A stretch of DNA of 63,115 nucleotides, filler included, from Saprolegnia diclina VS20 (Eukaryota): the NCBI RefSeq assembly GCF_000281045.1. It is 7 parts of 4 records of this genome, joined end to end, with 100 filler letters (N's around TTAATTAATTAA, not from the genome) between each part and the next. Parts side by side here need not be neighbours in the genome. Positions count along the whole stretch, not along the records: positions 1 to 18,262 come from NW_008246184.1; 6 more parts are not named here. One strand, 5' to 3'. A model generated the notes under the pieces. It was not told where the DNA came from, ran no database searches, and was given only the letters and a program-made list of their open reading frames with translations. Shown here piece by piece: positions 1 to 13,420 of the stretch. The position numbers were made by a program, and so were the translations under genes. Positions within the stretch are counted from its first letter, which is position 1. Every line of letters starts with the position of its first letter.

Positions 1-781
1 CCTGGAAGATGGCGACGCTGGGCACGACCGGTCGGCGCGAGGCCAAGGCCAAGCTCATGCAGCACCAGTACGACATGCTCGAGACCGAGTGGATCCGCCA
101 TGGGCTCCACGACCTCGATGCGTGCGGCGCCGACGTGCGCAAGCGGTTTATGCAAGCGGTCGACGACGCGCTCTGTGTTCATTTTGTCGAGTGCCGTGGG
201 TACTCTTATCCCTTTACTGTGCTGGCCGATGCGGTGTGGGGTATGCTCACACGGCAGTTCAAGCCGCAGCCCGAACTCTACACCATCCACGAGGTGTGTT
301 GGACAATATTGTCTTGTATGACAGTATTCTCCGATGCTAGGACATTGACATCGACGACGAGTGCGTCTATTTTCGATTTCTCGCGTCGATTGCAGGCACG
401 GCGATGCCGCCCGTGAACGGCCGACTGCTCGCGCGACGCTTTGTCGAGAGCGACCGGGTCGTCTTTGTGACCCGGTCCATCGTGGACGACGCTTTGTATC
501 CGTCCGATCCGAGTCATTTTCACGACAATCAGTGCTCCTGGTCTATAGTAACTTGTTTATCGTGTCATTTGACAGTCGACCGTAGGATCGTTGTGCAGCA
601 ACGCGGCGAGCATGCGTCGTGGCTGTCGTCATATGCGCGGTTTGCGCCGCCGACGGTCACGGACGACAGCACGATCACGGACGTGACCCCTGGCATGTAC
701 ACGGACTGCATTTTGCAGCTCATGGACGAAAGTGGCATCTCTATTTACGATGCTCTTCAGAGCGTCTTGCCTGCCGCGTAG
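1..781 (+). CDS. M96-like bZIP/START-type family gene copy 1 (5'-partial; introns ~294-340, 541-585)
   Basis: Family motifs QHQYDMLETEWIRHGL, PPVNGRLLARRF, RSIVDDALYP; GT-AG introns restore the frame; stop TAG 779-781. Confidence 0.85.
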
Positions 782-1204
782 TCGCTATGCTCGTCAGACA
801 TAGGTAGAGTTCATGCGGCAAGGTCGCATTAGAAAGTATATATATTCTGAAAGCAAGTGCGAAATGCTATTTCAACTAGACGATGGTGTTTTGCGTGAAA
901 TTCGAGCGGATCCTGCTAATTCGTACCAATTTGACAAGCATTCAGGACGCAATTCCTACCTGCAGGTACGAATTGTCACAATACATGAGGTGTCATCGCA
1001 ATGCTTGTCGTAGCGTGTCATGAGGAGGCATGGTATCTCGACCATCGCGGAGCCAAAATCAAATAAAGTTGTCTTATTGTGCATCGCGAACGGCGCACTG
1101 ATCCAACAGACCAAACCAGGCGTCGAGTAGGCAAATGTACTTGTTAAGACAATTCAATGACCTGGCTTCATGCGATTGGCCAGCTTTACTTTGCATTTTC
1201 CAGG

Positions 1205-2443
1205 ATGGAGACCACGGACCTCTTGGCCTTGGTCGACGAGGCCGCTGGCTGTGACGACTGGCTCGGCCTACTCGAGGTTGACGACGATATGACAGCCGAT
1301 GCGCTTGGCTCTTCTCCGAGCAACGAGGATACACTGGCCGCGCCGACGACAAAGACGGCCAAGAAGAGACCGCGCACGTCGCTGCGCAACGAAGTCCTGC
1401 ACCTCCGCGCCAAGCACGACGCATTGACCGCCCAGCTCGATNNNNNNNNNNNNNNNNNNNNNNNNNNNNNNNNNNNNNNNNNNNNNNNNNNNNNNNNNNN
1501 NNNNNNNNNNNNNNNNNNNNNNNNNNNNNNNNNNNNNNNNNNNNNNNNNNNNNNNNNNNNNNNNNNNNNNNNNNNNNNNNNNNNNNNNNNNNNNNNNNNN
1601 NNNNNNNNNNNNNNNNNNNNNNNNNNNNNNNNNNNNNNNNNNNNNNNNNNNNNNNNNNNNNNNNNNNNNNNNNNNNNNNNNNNNNNNNNNNNNNNNNNNN
1701 NNNNNNNNNNNNNNNNNNNNNNNNNNNNNNNNNNNNNNNNNNNNNNNNNNNNNNNNNNNNNNNNNNNNNNNNNNNNNNNNNNNNNNNNNNNNNNNNNNNN
1801 NNNNNNNNNNNNNNNNNNNNNNNNNNNNNNNNNNNNGTACACGTCGATCGCCGACATTGTGTGGGCACTGCTCACGCTGCAGGTCACGCCCCAGCCGCCG
1901 ACCGTCTGCGATACCGAGGTTGGTGGACGTGCTAGTAGTCTACCTGTATGGTAAGGTGTGTTGTAGGAGGTCGAGTTGGAATCGGACGTCGTGTACTGTC
2001 GGTATGTGGCGTCCATGCTGCCGTCGGCGCTGCCGCCCGTGAACGGTCGCCTCCTGTCCCAGCGGTTTACTGAAGCCGACCGCGTCGTCTTTGTGAGTCG
2101 CTCGATCGTGGACGATGCGTTGTTTCCGTCTGATCCCAGTCATTTTGTCGACAATCAATGTTGCTGGTACCATAGTGTGCGACGCAGAGACGACCATTTG
2201 TCTGCTTGTAGGATTGTGGTCGCGCAGAGTGGAACGCATGGTGCGCAGCTGACGTCGTTTGCCCGCTTCACGCCACCAATGGTGCCCGCAACGAGTTCGA
2301 TGCCCAGCAACGTGACACCAGGCATGTACTCGGAGGCCATTCTCCACATTCTCGGCCAAAACAGCATGTCCCTCGCGAGCACGATCACAAGTGTTCTGGA
2401 GGCCCAGCGCTACGATAACCTTACAGAAGCGGTTGATGGATAG
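1205..2443 (+). CDS. M96-like family gene copy 2 (interrupted by gap 1442-1836)
   Basis: METTDLLALVD..KKRPRTSLRNEVLHLRAKHDALTAQL; C-terminal half closely similar to copy 1. Confidence 0.85.
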
Positions 2444-3584
2444 CTGGAGCGAATCTCGCCCTTAATAATGATTCCCTTGCACCATCCTTGTCGTTCAACA
2501 CACTGGCTAAAAACACGTTAGCAACTCGAAGGGTTCGATCGAGTAGGTCGGCGATCAACACACCAACGCTGTAGGCTCTATCGCCCCACGCTAATACTTG
2601 TAGCGACTAGACCCATTTTCAAAGCCAAAGTGTGAAAATAGCGCCAACCAAGTAATAGCCAACCGCGCCCACCTTGTCGACAATCAATGCCGCCGGTACG
2701 AATCTCAGCCCCCTAACCCTCAGAGCCAGTGCTGTACTCCCTAGGATAGTTGTTGAGGGTCTCACCGGAGAGTCCTCTTGGCGAGTTTACGCCTGGACAC
2801 CGAGTGCATGTTGCATCTTATCCGCCAAAGCGATAACTCGCTTTCGGATAACAATTCAACATATTCTCGACGACCCGCACAACACTGCCTTGTGATGCGG
2901 CTTCGTTTAGCGTGGTGCGCTCACGGCTCGAATGGTTGACGCACGCGGGCTCCGGACAAGGTTTGCCCGCGCGAAGGTTCTAGCTGCACGGACTCGACGG
3001 CCAACGACGCGTCAACACCAGATTGTGTGTGTCCTTGTCTCTCTAGACGGGTTCTTGCCGCATGCACTGTCGACATGACAAGCGAGCAGCACATGAGGAC
3101 GGTTGTGCGATGTTCTCACCGGGTCACTTCGTCTTTGGCGACGGGCCCGCCGCCGACTTGTCGTGTTGTCGACAAACAGCCTACGCAGCTACAGACGTGC
3201 TCGCTTGCAGAGCGCCGACGAGCTATTGAAGGGGTTCGTGATGATGTTTACGCTTGCAACAGTCGCCGTGCCATCATGCAGCTCGTTACGACCTCAGCAT
3301 CGAGCCCCACGCCGTTCGGTGCGTAGAAAGGACGTGATTGTACCCGCCACACGCTGCGTGAGCCAAACTACGCGTACAAGGGTTCACGTATCTCTAGTAC
3401 TGTAGGCTACTAGAGATAGTACCATGCGTCCGTGCACTGTGGATCGCAATAATTGCATCATCGAGACGAGACGGCGATGCCACGCCAGCGTCGGGTAATC
3501 ACGAATACGGTGTTTTGATTGGTCGATGGAGGAAATTACAGCCAATGGCATCGCGGTACAATTATTTCAACCAGCAAGACCACC

Positions 3585-4785
3585 ATGGATGACCTCGCGA
3601 GCCTCTTGGACCGGAGCGACGCTGCCTTCGCCGACGACGTCTCGGCGCTCGTGCCTGTGGCCGATGATGCGTCCTTGACGAGCGCGCTAAGCGCGTCCAA
3701 GAAGCGCCAGCGCACGTGCATGAAGGACGAGCTGGCGTATCTGCGGGCCAAGCATGCGGCGCTGGCAGCGGAGCTCGCGCTCTTGCAAGTGACGGCCGAC
3801 GTGTCGATCTGGAAAGGCCGCGCGTTTGGCCAAGTCCGCGCGGCGCAGCAAGCGCAGAACGAGAACATGCGGTTGCGCACGAGCCTCGCGAGCCAGCTCA
3901 AGGTCCTCGACGCGCTGCAAAAGCTCTTTCTCAAGCAGCCCAGTCTGTGTCAGTTGCAGTCGATCGAGCACTACAAGGTTCCGACGCTCGGGGTCGAGCG
4001 ACGAAAAGAGACTTTGGAGGCTTTATTGCAGCACCAGTACGAGCAGCTACCGTCGCAGTGGGTGCGGCATGGGCTCCACGCGTACGAAGCCAACGACGAT
4101 GGCATCTTGGAGACGCGCGTGCATACGGACGACGGCCCGCTGCGCCTCGACATTCTTAAGTGCGATTCGTGGCCCGTGGCGTTCACGCAGCTCGCGCACG
4201 TTGTGTGGCAACTCCTTGTCGACCGAACCGACATTGATATCACCATGGCGCTGAAGAAAACGGTAACCAATTACTACCAACTACCTCGAAAAAGGACAAA
4301 TTTGCAGGCGGTCGAGGTCTTCTCCGACACGATGGTCTACGCACAGTATGTCGGCTTGTGCACGCCACCCGCGCCGTATCCTCGCCTCCCGCCCGTCGAG
4401 AGTCGCATTGCGTGTCGGCGCTTTGACGAAGCGACGCGCGTCGTCATTGTGTGGCGCTCGATTCTGGACGATGCGCTGTTTCCAACGCCGCAGCATCACC
4501 TCCAGGGCGACGAGTGTGGCTGGTACGTCGTGTCTCTCGGAAGAAATCGGGTTGTCTGCACGAACCGTTAGGGTTGTGGTACAGCAAAAAGACGCGAAAC
4601 ACGCGCGGCTCTTGTCGTACTCGACGACCAAACCACCGCTCGTGCCCGAGTTGAGAGAGACAAATACCGTCGTCCGCGCACCCGGCATGCTCACCGAGTC
4701 GCTCTTGCAGCAAGTCCATGCCAGCTGCGACGCGGTCGACTTGACGATTCAACGCGGCCTTGCAACAGTGTCGAGAGCACCTTGA
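3585..4785 (+). CDS. M96-like family gene copy 3 (introns ~4263-4307, ~4523-4571)
   Basis: KKRQRTCMKDELAYLRAKH, QHQYEQLPSQWVRHGL, VWRSILDDALFP..GW motifs. Confidence 0.85.
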
Positions 4786-5135
4786 GTCGATCTTAGAGTC
4801 TATGCATGCGAGCTCTGGCTTTGTGAGGCGTACGGTGCACTGTCATTGCAAGTAAAAAGAAGGGCATTGCTTTCATCCTAATGAGACGGAGACCCGTGCG
4901 ACATATGCCACGCGTGGCCCTTACAGGCTCGGCAGGCGCTCTCTTGACTGCTGTAATGCTCGTACGATAAGCAGTCGAGCAGCGCTGAGCATGTAACTCC
5001 ACCCGGCGCAAGCGAGATGCGAATATTTTTTTTGCTCATGCACTGGCCGTCACGCCACGTACCCAGCGTTTTAACGGCAAGAGGCTGCCCAGCTGTCAGA
5101 TCTTATATGGCCTCGGAGGTTGCGATAGATGGCTA

Positions 5136-6415
5136 CTATTCATTGGCAATGGCGCGTGTCCGCTTTGCGACTTGCGCCTCGAGCGCGACGACAAACTTGG
5201 CGCTATTGGCCATAAAGATCGATGTGACCGTGTCGGTGAACGCGCCGATGGGAAACTGGGGCCACCCGAGGTGCGCGGCCGGGAGGATGGGCGGCGTCAG
5301 CGTAAAGTAAATCGAAAACCGGGCACGCGTCGGGCTCTCGGGCTCAATGACCGCCCTAATTTAATCGTACTCTACAGCGGTCATCGAGGATCGAAGTGCG
5401 TACCAGCCGCTTTGGTTGTCCCGCGCATGGTTCGGATCAAACGGGCGACCGTCGTCGTCCAAGATGGAGCGCCACACAAACGCAATCCGGCCCACTTGGT
5501 CGTAGCGCTGGGTGACCGTCCGTCCTTCGAACACCGGAAATTGCTTGGCTGCGTCCTGGGCTTGGTACCTAATGCCTCCTCCGTTACCGCCTCTGCGCTC
5601 GGCCAGGGGTTCGATACCGTGTGTAGACCAAGTTGGGCGCCCACTGCTCGAGAACCTAGCACAAGGCCCCCTGGGTTAGAGTCTCGCTCGAATACAGCAC
5701 ATACCTCGAGGTGCACGGGCGTTGAAAAATCAGCGGGAATTTGGGCCACAATGTACTCCCAGTAAATGTCAGCGAGCTGCTCATAGTCGATGGCCCACGC
5801 ATGCGAATTGACGAAGTGCATGACGAGGCCGACGTCGCCTTGCGAATTGCCTTGGACCCACACCTTGCGCTTGTCCTCCTTGGTGTGGAGCGAGTGGCGA
5901 ATCCACTCGGACTCGAGCTTGGTCAACTGGTGCGCGAGGAGCGCCGTGGCGTCCGTCGAACGATCGCTCGCGCTAAGTCGCGCGTGGCGCCAGCCCTCGG
6001 ACGTCAATGGGAAGGCACTGAGCCGCGGGATCTTGCGGAACGCGCGCTCGAGCACTTGGATGAGCTTGAGCTGCTCTTCGAGTGCTTGCTTGAGCTGGGC
6101 ATTTTCCTGGGTCGCGCGTCGGGCGGCCAGCGCTTGCTCGGTGGCGCGCGCTTCCCAGATCGACAATGAGGGCACTGTCACACGGCCCTCCAGCGCGCGG
6201 AGCTCGTCTTGAAGGTCGCTGCATTTTGCGCGGAGGTAGTCGAGCTCGGTCTTGAGGCGGCGCTTGGGCTTCTTGCGGGCCGGCGCGTTCGCCTCGTCCG
6301 CCGGAAGAAGGGCCGTCGGCGCAAGTAAGATCTCTTCAAGGAACATGTCGCTGTCCAGGTCCGCGCCGTCGCTTCGGCCCAGGTAGTCGGCGAAGATGTC
6401 ATCTATTGTCGACAT
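5136..6415 (-). CDS. M96-like family gene copy 4 (3 introns)
   Basis: KKPKRRLKTELDYLRAK, QENAQLK, ESEWIRH; spliced exons give VLEQWAPNLVYTR and a final exon ending ..RAIANE*. Confidence 0.85.
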
Positions 6416-7162
6416 GGTGCTGCTGCAGAATGCCACCAAAAATGATGACGTCTCGGAAATGGGCCTGTATCAACTCATCTAAGGGAATCCAATGTAGGTC
6501 CTACATACACTCCGAAATGGCGCCAGAGGCAAAGGTCCGTGCGACTGCTCCGCCTCTGATGTGGCCAACGTCCTGGCCAAGCAAATTACTGTTGAGCTTC
6601 TCACCGAATAGCCACTGACTCGCAAACGCAGCGGTCCTACGTTTGCGTTCCGACACCCGACTGGACGATTTGACCACCAAAAGAGCATAAAACCTAGTAA
6701 GGTTAGGACCACCGACGCCGATGGCAACGAATATTGCCCGACGAAGACGCATAGCGTCGCTGCCGCTATGATGTGATCGGGAATCGAGCGAGTAGCCTGG
6801 CGCATTCTGCGACGGTCAACGAATGACGTCGCACCTGCCACAGCGACACGGCTCCCTCGCCAGTGTCGACCGCAATATTCATTGCACGCGGGCTTTGTCC
6901 TTCGCATATCATTAGTCTCCGTCCTTATCGTTTGACTGTGTACATATTGTCTATATTTTGTCCACAAAATCTGTCAACTCTGTCGTATACGCGTTTGGAA
7001 TCGGCGGTAATCGATCCCGCGATTGAATTAAACTTGGTGTTTGTATGCCCGGGATGTCTTTTTAAACGCAACCAGCGAGGTGGTGCGTCGTATCCGGACG
7101 TTTATCCGGACGCTTGCCCAATTGCCCAACGTGGCACCAGCAGGTATTTGTCGGCCAACCCA

Positions 7163-8512
7163 ATGGCGCGCAGGACCGACGGAACGACGTGGGCGACGGA
7201 CCCGCTCGACGCGCTCTTCCTCGATGAGACGCATGGGCGCATGGAAGAGATCTCGCTCTCGCATGTGTCGGACTTTCTCGCCGAGCTCGGCGACTTTGCA
7301 GCGCCGGCCAAGCCGCCACGCCAGCCGCAACCAACCGCCGAACCGAGTTCGAGCCCATCGTCGTCGTCGTCGTCGCCGTCCTCGACACTGCCAACGGCGC
7401 CGACGAAGCGCATGCGCACGACGCCGAAAGAAGAGCTCGAGTACCTCCACTCCAAGCAGCGGTACCTTCTGACGCAGTTGAAGACACTGCAAGCCGCGGT
7501 TATCGTGCCAACCGACGACGACCCATGGCACAAACGTGCGCAGAACCAGGCACAAGCTGCCCAGCGCGCGCTGCAAGAGAACGTCCGGCTCAAGGCAGCG
7601 TACGAGGACCAGCTCAAGATGATCCAGGCGCTCGAGCGCGTCTTTCAGAAGAAGCCCAAGCTCACCCACCCGACGCCCAAGCACCACGACTTGCTGCCGT
7701 GGCGAAGGTACATGCTCGGCGTCGAGAACCGCGAGGAGGATCTCGAGGCCATCTTGCGCCATCAGTACGACAAGCTCGACACCGAGTTCATCCGGCACAA
7801 GGTCTACCCGCTGCGGGATTCGCTGGTCGGTGACGACACGTTGACCACGCGCGAGTTTGTCGAGAGCACCGCAGACAACATTGTGCTGCATCTCGTACGA
7901 TGCAAGCGCTGGCCCATCGACTATGAATCGTTTAGTCGAATTCTCTGGGACTTTGTCTCGCTCAACGTCAAGATTCCAGTCAAGAACAAAGTCGACTCGG
8001 AGCGGCTTCAGAGCTTTCAGAACGACACGCTCGTGTACACGCGGTGCGCCTTGGAGTCCATATCGTGCCATGTACAAACACAACTCGTAGCCATACCGCG
8101 CGCACGTGGAGTGAACACATGGACATTCCGCCCGTCGAAGGCCGGACTGCGTCCATGCGCTTCGTAGAAAAAGACCGCGTCGTGATCGTATGGAAGTCAA
8201 TTGCCGACGATGCGCTCGTGCCCTTTTCCGACCAAGTCCACGTCAAAGACAACAAAGCCGGCTGGTACAACCCGATCTGCAAAAGAGACGTAGTGACCAC
8301 CTTGTCATAGGGCTGTGATTACGCCCGACGGACCCCACGGGTGCCGCCTCGCCGCCTACTCGCGACTCACGACACCCGTGCTCCCATCCATGCAGCGCGG
8401 CTCGATGACCGAGACGATCTTGAGTCTGTATGCAACCAACTCGGGCCGCTTTGACGCGGCCTTGACGGCCGAAGTCGAAGCGCGGCGCCAAGCCATGCGG
8501 TCGTCGTGCTAA
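7163..8512 (+). CDS. M96-like family gene copy 5 (introns ~8044-8090, ~8265-8310)
   Basis: SDFLAELGDF, KRMRTTPKEELEYLHSK, HQYDKLDTEFIRH, PPVEGR, VWKSIADD..GW. Confidence 0.85.
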
Positions 8513-8877
8513 GCGTCCTCCAGCGTCGTCCACGCCATATGCTAATAGAAGTAGTTTCCATATCCCTATTTTATTGGAACATTTGTCGATTGGCGCGCGC
8601 TTCGGGCAGACGTCGCTTCGTTAACCTAACCTAACCTAGCCCTAGCATGGCCTAACCGCGCCCAACCCGGTCTATCTTTGCCTTTTACGGAAGCCAGAGT
8701 ATTTATGTAATTGGGGACGACAGCTAATACATTACTCGTTCCCAAGACACCATCGCAACAGCAGGTCATTTTGCCATTTGCATATGACACCAATTTCAGG
8801 TAGCCGTCTGTCGGTTCTGTGACGCTTCAGGATGCTATTAGGAATAAAAAAAATAGGATGTGATTAGGAATATCGCG

Positions 8878-10133
8878 TTATCGTCGCCGACGCTTGGTGG
8901 CAGGATGCTCCAAACACGGCGGCACAGTGTCTTGTAAGGCGGCGACGCGCGCGGCAACAGCGTTGTGCAAGCCGACGCCAAACTTGCGGCGGTTCGCCTC
9001 GGACGTGTGGAGCACGAGTTCGGTCAGCGTACCGACGGCCGGCTGCACCATGAGACTCGACGCGATCGGCGTCGACATGACCACGACGGTCTGTAAAATG
9101 CACTCGTTTTGGCTGCGCGGGTGGATAACGACCCTACCCCCACGCGTGCTGACTGCGAATCAAATGAAATAAGAAATGATTGACATACCAGCCCATGCGA
9201 TTGGCGACGAGTCGGTTCGGGGCATGGGGGTACAGGCGGTCTTCTAGTATCGAGCGCCATAGCATGACCACACGCTGGGCTTGCTGGATGCGCTGGACGA
9301 TGGACCGGGACTCGAGCACCGGGGCGTCTGAGTTTTGCAACTCGTTTTCTTCGCTACCAGCACGCTCGGTTATTGTGATGGCACACGGCAGATGCGTGTA
9401 CCGTACGTAGACCAGATCGTCGTTATAGCGCTCTAGAATCTAGACGCTAGAATGGTTAGACGATGTAGCAAGATGAGGACAGATGGACCTCGGAGATCGG
9501 GTGGTGGTCGCCGAGTTTATGCTCCCAGAGTACGTCGCCCATGGTGCGAAAGTCCAATGGCATGCACTGCGACCCGACGTAGCTCAGACGAATCTCGGGC
9601 GACGTCGAACTTGGCTCGAGGACCGTGAGCTGGTTGAGCGGCGACTCGTCGTCGAGCGCTTCGTACAGGCGGTGGCGAATCCACTCGGACTCGAGCCGCT
9701 CAAGGTGGTACGCCATGAGCGCATCGACCTCTTCCCGCCGGTGGGCAATGCCCAAGATGCTGAGGCCTGTCGAGGGCCGGAACGTCGAGAGCGATGGGTG
9801 CTTGAGCAGCATCTTTTGCAGCGACGATATCATCTGCAACTGGCCTTCGACCATCTCCTTGAGCCGCTTGTTCTCGAGAAACGATCGCTGCGCCAGCTGC
9901 GTCTGCTCGATCGCGCGCACTGCCCAGCGCGAGCTCACGGGCACGAGCGCCTGCTGCGCGTGGAGCGCGTGGAGCTGCTGCGTGAGCACATCGTGCTTGC
10001 GACGGAGGTACTCGAGCTCTTCCTTTGGCCGCTGGTAGCCGCCCTTGGCTCGCTTGGCACCATCACCAAAGTCGGTCGTCGAGGCGAGGAAGGCCGAGAG
10101 CTGGTCGCTGTCGTCGTCGAGGAGCGCGGCCAT
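8878..10133 (-). CDS. M96-like family gene copy 6 (3 introns)
   Basis: LSAFLASTTDFGD, YQRPKEELEYLRRKH, ESEWIRH, WRSILEDRLYP..GW. Confidence 0.85.
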
Positions 10134-10349
10134 CGCTGCAGTGGCCGGTCAAGATCGTTCGGTGACCTTCGGCTAATGCTGCTTCGACAGGACGACGAAG
10201 ACCGTCACTCTGCCACCAAGAGTGATGGTTGCCTCGACTGGTTCCAAGATCCAACAGCACAACTCTGTCGCCAATTTTCGTTTTTTAGTTAGTACAACTG
10301 GTATCAACGACACAAAGTTGACCATATAAACTAAAATTTGGATTGGACT

Positions 10350-11636
10350 TCATGCACAAGCGGCTTTCTGCCGCAGACAACGCTGCATGGCCCCATCGAG
10401 CTGGCTGCAGAAGCGCGCGCAGTTGGCTTCGATGGTTTGGAGCACGAGCTCGTTGAGTGTTTCCGTCGGCAACGTCTCGGCCGATACCAGTCGCGCGGGC
10501 AGCGACAGCTGCACGCACACTTGCACAAACGCGCCACCGTCCACGGCGTGGATCGTCGTCCTAGAATGCACATATTGACATTTGCTTCTCGGGCGTCATT
10601 TGGAAATGTACCAGCCTTCCCGTTGGCCGATGACGTGGTGTGCGTCAATGGGATGCAGTCGGTCGTCGGCAATGGCCCGCCATGCAAACACAACGCTGTC
10701 GTCGCTCTCGACGTACCGACGCAGCGCTGTCCGCACCTCGATCTGTGACGAGGCCGGCGGCGGCAGCGGAATCATCTCCCTACACCAGGTGTCGAATGAG
10801 ACACGAAACCGTCATGTGAGATTGCAGTTTACCGAACATAGATGAGGTTGTCGTGAAACGTTTGCAGTACCTAGTCCTGTCCTGTTAGCAAAGTGGACAA
10901 GTTGTCGTAAATGACGTACGGCACATCGGTTGTCGGCTGGCCGCGACTTGAGGCTCCAGAGGACGTGGCTCATGTCGTGCACGGAGAGCGGCACCTTTCG
11001 AGAGAGGAGACACACCAGCGAGAGCGTCTCGTCCGAGTCGCAGTCAACAAACGCCCGGTGTTGCTCGAGGCAGGCGTGACGAACGTCGTACAAGCCGTGC
11101 CGAACCCACTCGCGGCTGCGCTTGTCGTACTGGGCCCGCAAAAGCTGCTCCAAGTGCTGCGTGCGGTCATGTGCCCCCAATGTGCCCAGCATCCACGAGC
11201 CGTCGTCGACAAGAATACTCGGGTGCTTGGTGAGGACACTTTGGAGCGTCTCAATGACCTGCGCGCGCTCCGTCACCATGTTTTTAAGCCGAAGGTTCTC
11301 GTGCATCGCTTGTTGCACGCCTTTGGCTTGCTCAATGGCGCGGGTTTGCCACGGCAGCGCCGCTGCTGGGACGTTGGCGAGCCGTGTCTCGAGGAGGTGC
11401 AATTGACGCCGGAGCTTGGCGTAGGTGATACGAAGCGCGTCGATTTCTTGCTTGGGTCGCATGTAGCGTTGCTTGGTGATGGTGGTGGTCGGGGAGGTCG
11501 GTGGCGCGGAAGACGCAAAGGACGAGGACGAGCATGAGTTGTCGCCAAAGTCGGCGGTCGGTGCGAGAAATGCCGAGATCGTTGCAATCGAAATGTCGTC
11601 GACCTTCTCATTTGGAAAGCAGCATCGGTCGGTCAT
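10350..11636 (-). CDS. M96-like family gene copy 7 (3 introns)
   Basis: ISIATISAFLAPTADFGD, poly-Ser, YMRPKQEIDALR, QYDKRSREWVRHGL; 38-nt exon VLQTFHDNLIYVR. Confidence 0.85.
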
Positions 11637-13420
11637 GCTGTTGTTGCGGCAGGAGGCAAAACGAGTTGTGGTGACCATCACGACCACGTTATACAACACT
11701 GGCCATGTGGTCTCTGACCAGTACTAGTATATGTTTGTTTCCGACTGTGCTGCGCTTCTTTCGAAGCGAGAGGAGGATCAGCAGTCGGGCGCTGGACGAT
11801 TTCTGGACGAGTCATGCACCTTTCTTTACGCAACACTTGTTGTCACTGCCATGCGTCGATGGTGTGGCTCTACCCACATGTACTTTGCTTTGGTCGTGCA
11901 CGCTCGACTCGGAGCGAGTGGCGGCAGCAGGCCGGAACGAGGCGGTTCCGGTCTCCGAGGTCGTCAAGAGGAAGAGACACATCGCGTGGGTGGTCGGAAG
12001 CACGTGACGACGATGCTACGATGTCAAGAGATCTTGGGTACACCGTTACATGAGCCTTCGGGTACTTGCCCAACAAGTCATGCACGTAGCAGCGCCCTTT
12101 CTACTAACGCGCCGCGCGGTACCTGCGGGCATATGGCGTCTCCTGGCGTTGTTTCGAGCAGATGGACTACAGTAATATAGAAGCCTGTCGCTGCCGTCCC
12201 TTGGCCCGCCAATCGAAGCAGCTTTGGTGATGCTAGTTGCAGCTGCTCCACTTCCAGTGTCCCACACGCGTTTCAGGTGTCTACCTTGTCGGGCATATGC
12301 TGCACTTTCGACGCATACAGGAGCACTCGAGTCGCGGTACGAAGCCGAACCAGACCGAGTTCCGACGCTGGACACCAAAGGAGCTCAAGCCTATGCGCCG
12401 GACCTCGAACAACGGCAAAAAGTTCTCCTTTGCGACCATCGCGGCGATTCTCGCATCTGCTTCAACGTCTGGCACAACGATCCCGTCTTTTGCAGAGACC
12501 GACCATGTTCGAGTCCATGGACGATGGCCGTCAAGCGGTCGTTCGACGTCACCGACATCGCAACCTCGTTCAAGAGCTCGATCGACCTGGGCTTCTTTGA
12601 GTTTTTCGCTCAATTTACCCCGCCGGTACTTCGAGCGACCACGCCATGTGAACACTTGCGTGTTCGCTCAAGGGAAAAGAAGGCAGTGCACCTCGGGTGC
12701 GGCGTGGCAGGTTGAGTGGCAGAGATCGGCAACTAGAATTCGAGGCTCTCTCGAAAAGTCGTTGATTTGCGGAGCCGACTTCACGTGAAAAGTCCTTTCC
12801 GACGCCTTGCCGGCACGAGACACCCCGTCTATCTGCAAAGACCCTCCACCCAGTGTGCACAACAAAGAAAGGCCAGGGCGATTACCTAGAAACAGCGATG
12901 CTTGATTTCAGCCTCCACTCGTGGGGTAGACATGCCTCTTCAACTACAACGACGACCGACGTTGGACAGGACACCCTTCGTCATCTTGCCCGCTCTCACT
13001 GATAAAATATGTACGCAGCTCTATGTGCGGCCCAGCAAGGGCTCAAGTCTCTTCCCACGAAACACCGCCAAGGGAAGAAACATCATGCGGTCCAAGTGCC
13101 ACAAAGTACACGCAAGCATGCTATTGAGCTCTCTCTTTTGTGGAGCGTGGAGCCGCTCCACGCTCCACAAAATAGAACGCGCGGCCAACGCACCAGTGCC
13201 GGGTACCGTCAGCTACGTTGCGGCTACCTCTCAAGTGCGTCACGAGAACGACCGAGGTATTGGTCAGTATCGTCATCAAGAAAATGATCTATGTTGGGAA
13301 CGGCCAGCCATGCATCGTACTGCATATATGATTTGAGAGCTCGGAGCGTTTTCCAAAAAGGGCAAACTCGACGGACAAATAAGATGGAAACGATTTTAGC
13401 ATAACAAGACAATATTCCAT

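Noticed and set aside
7091..7112. TATCCGGACG tandem duplication upstream of copy 5
   Set aside because: Only two short copies, not shared with the other paralog promoters
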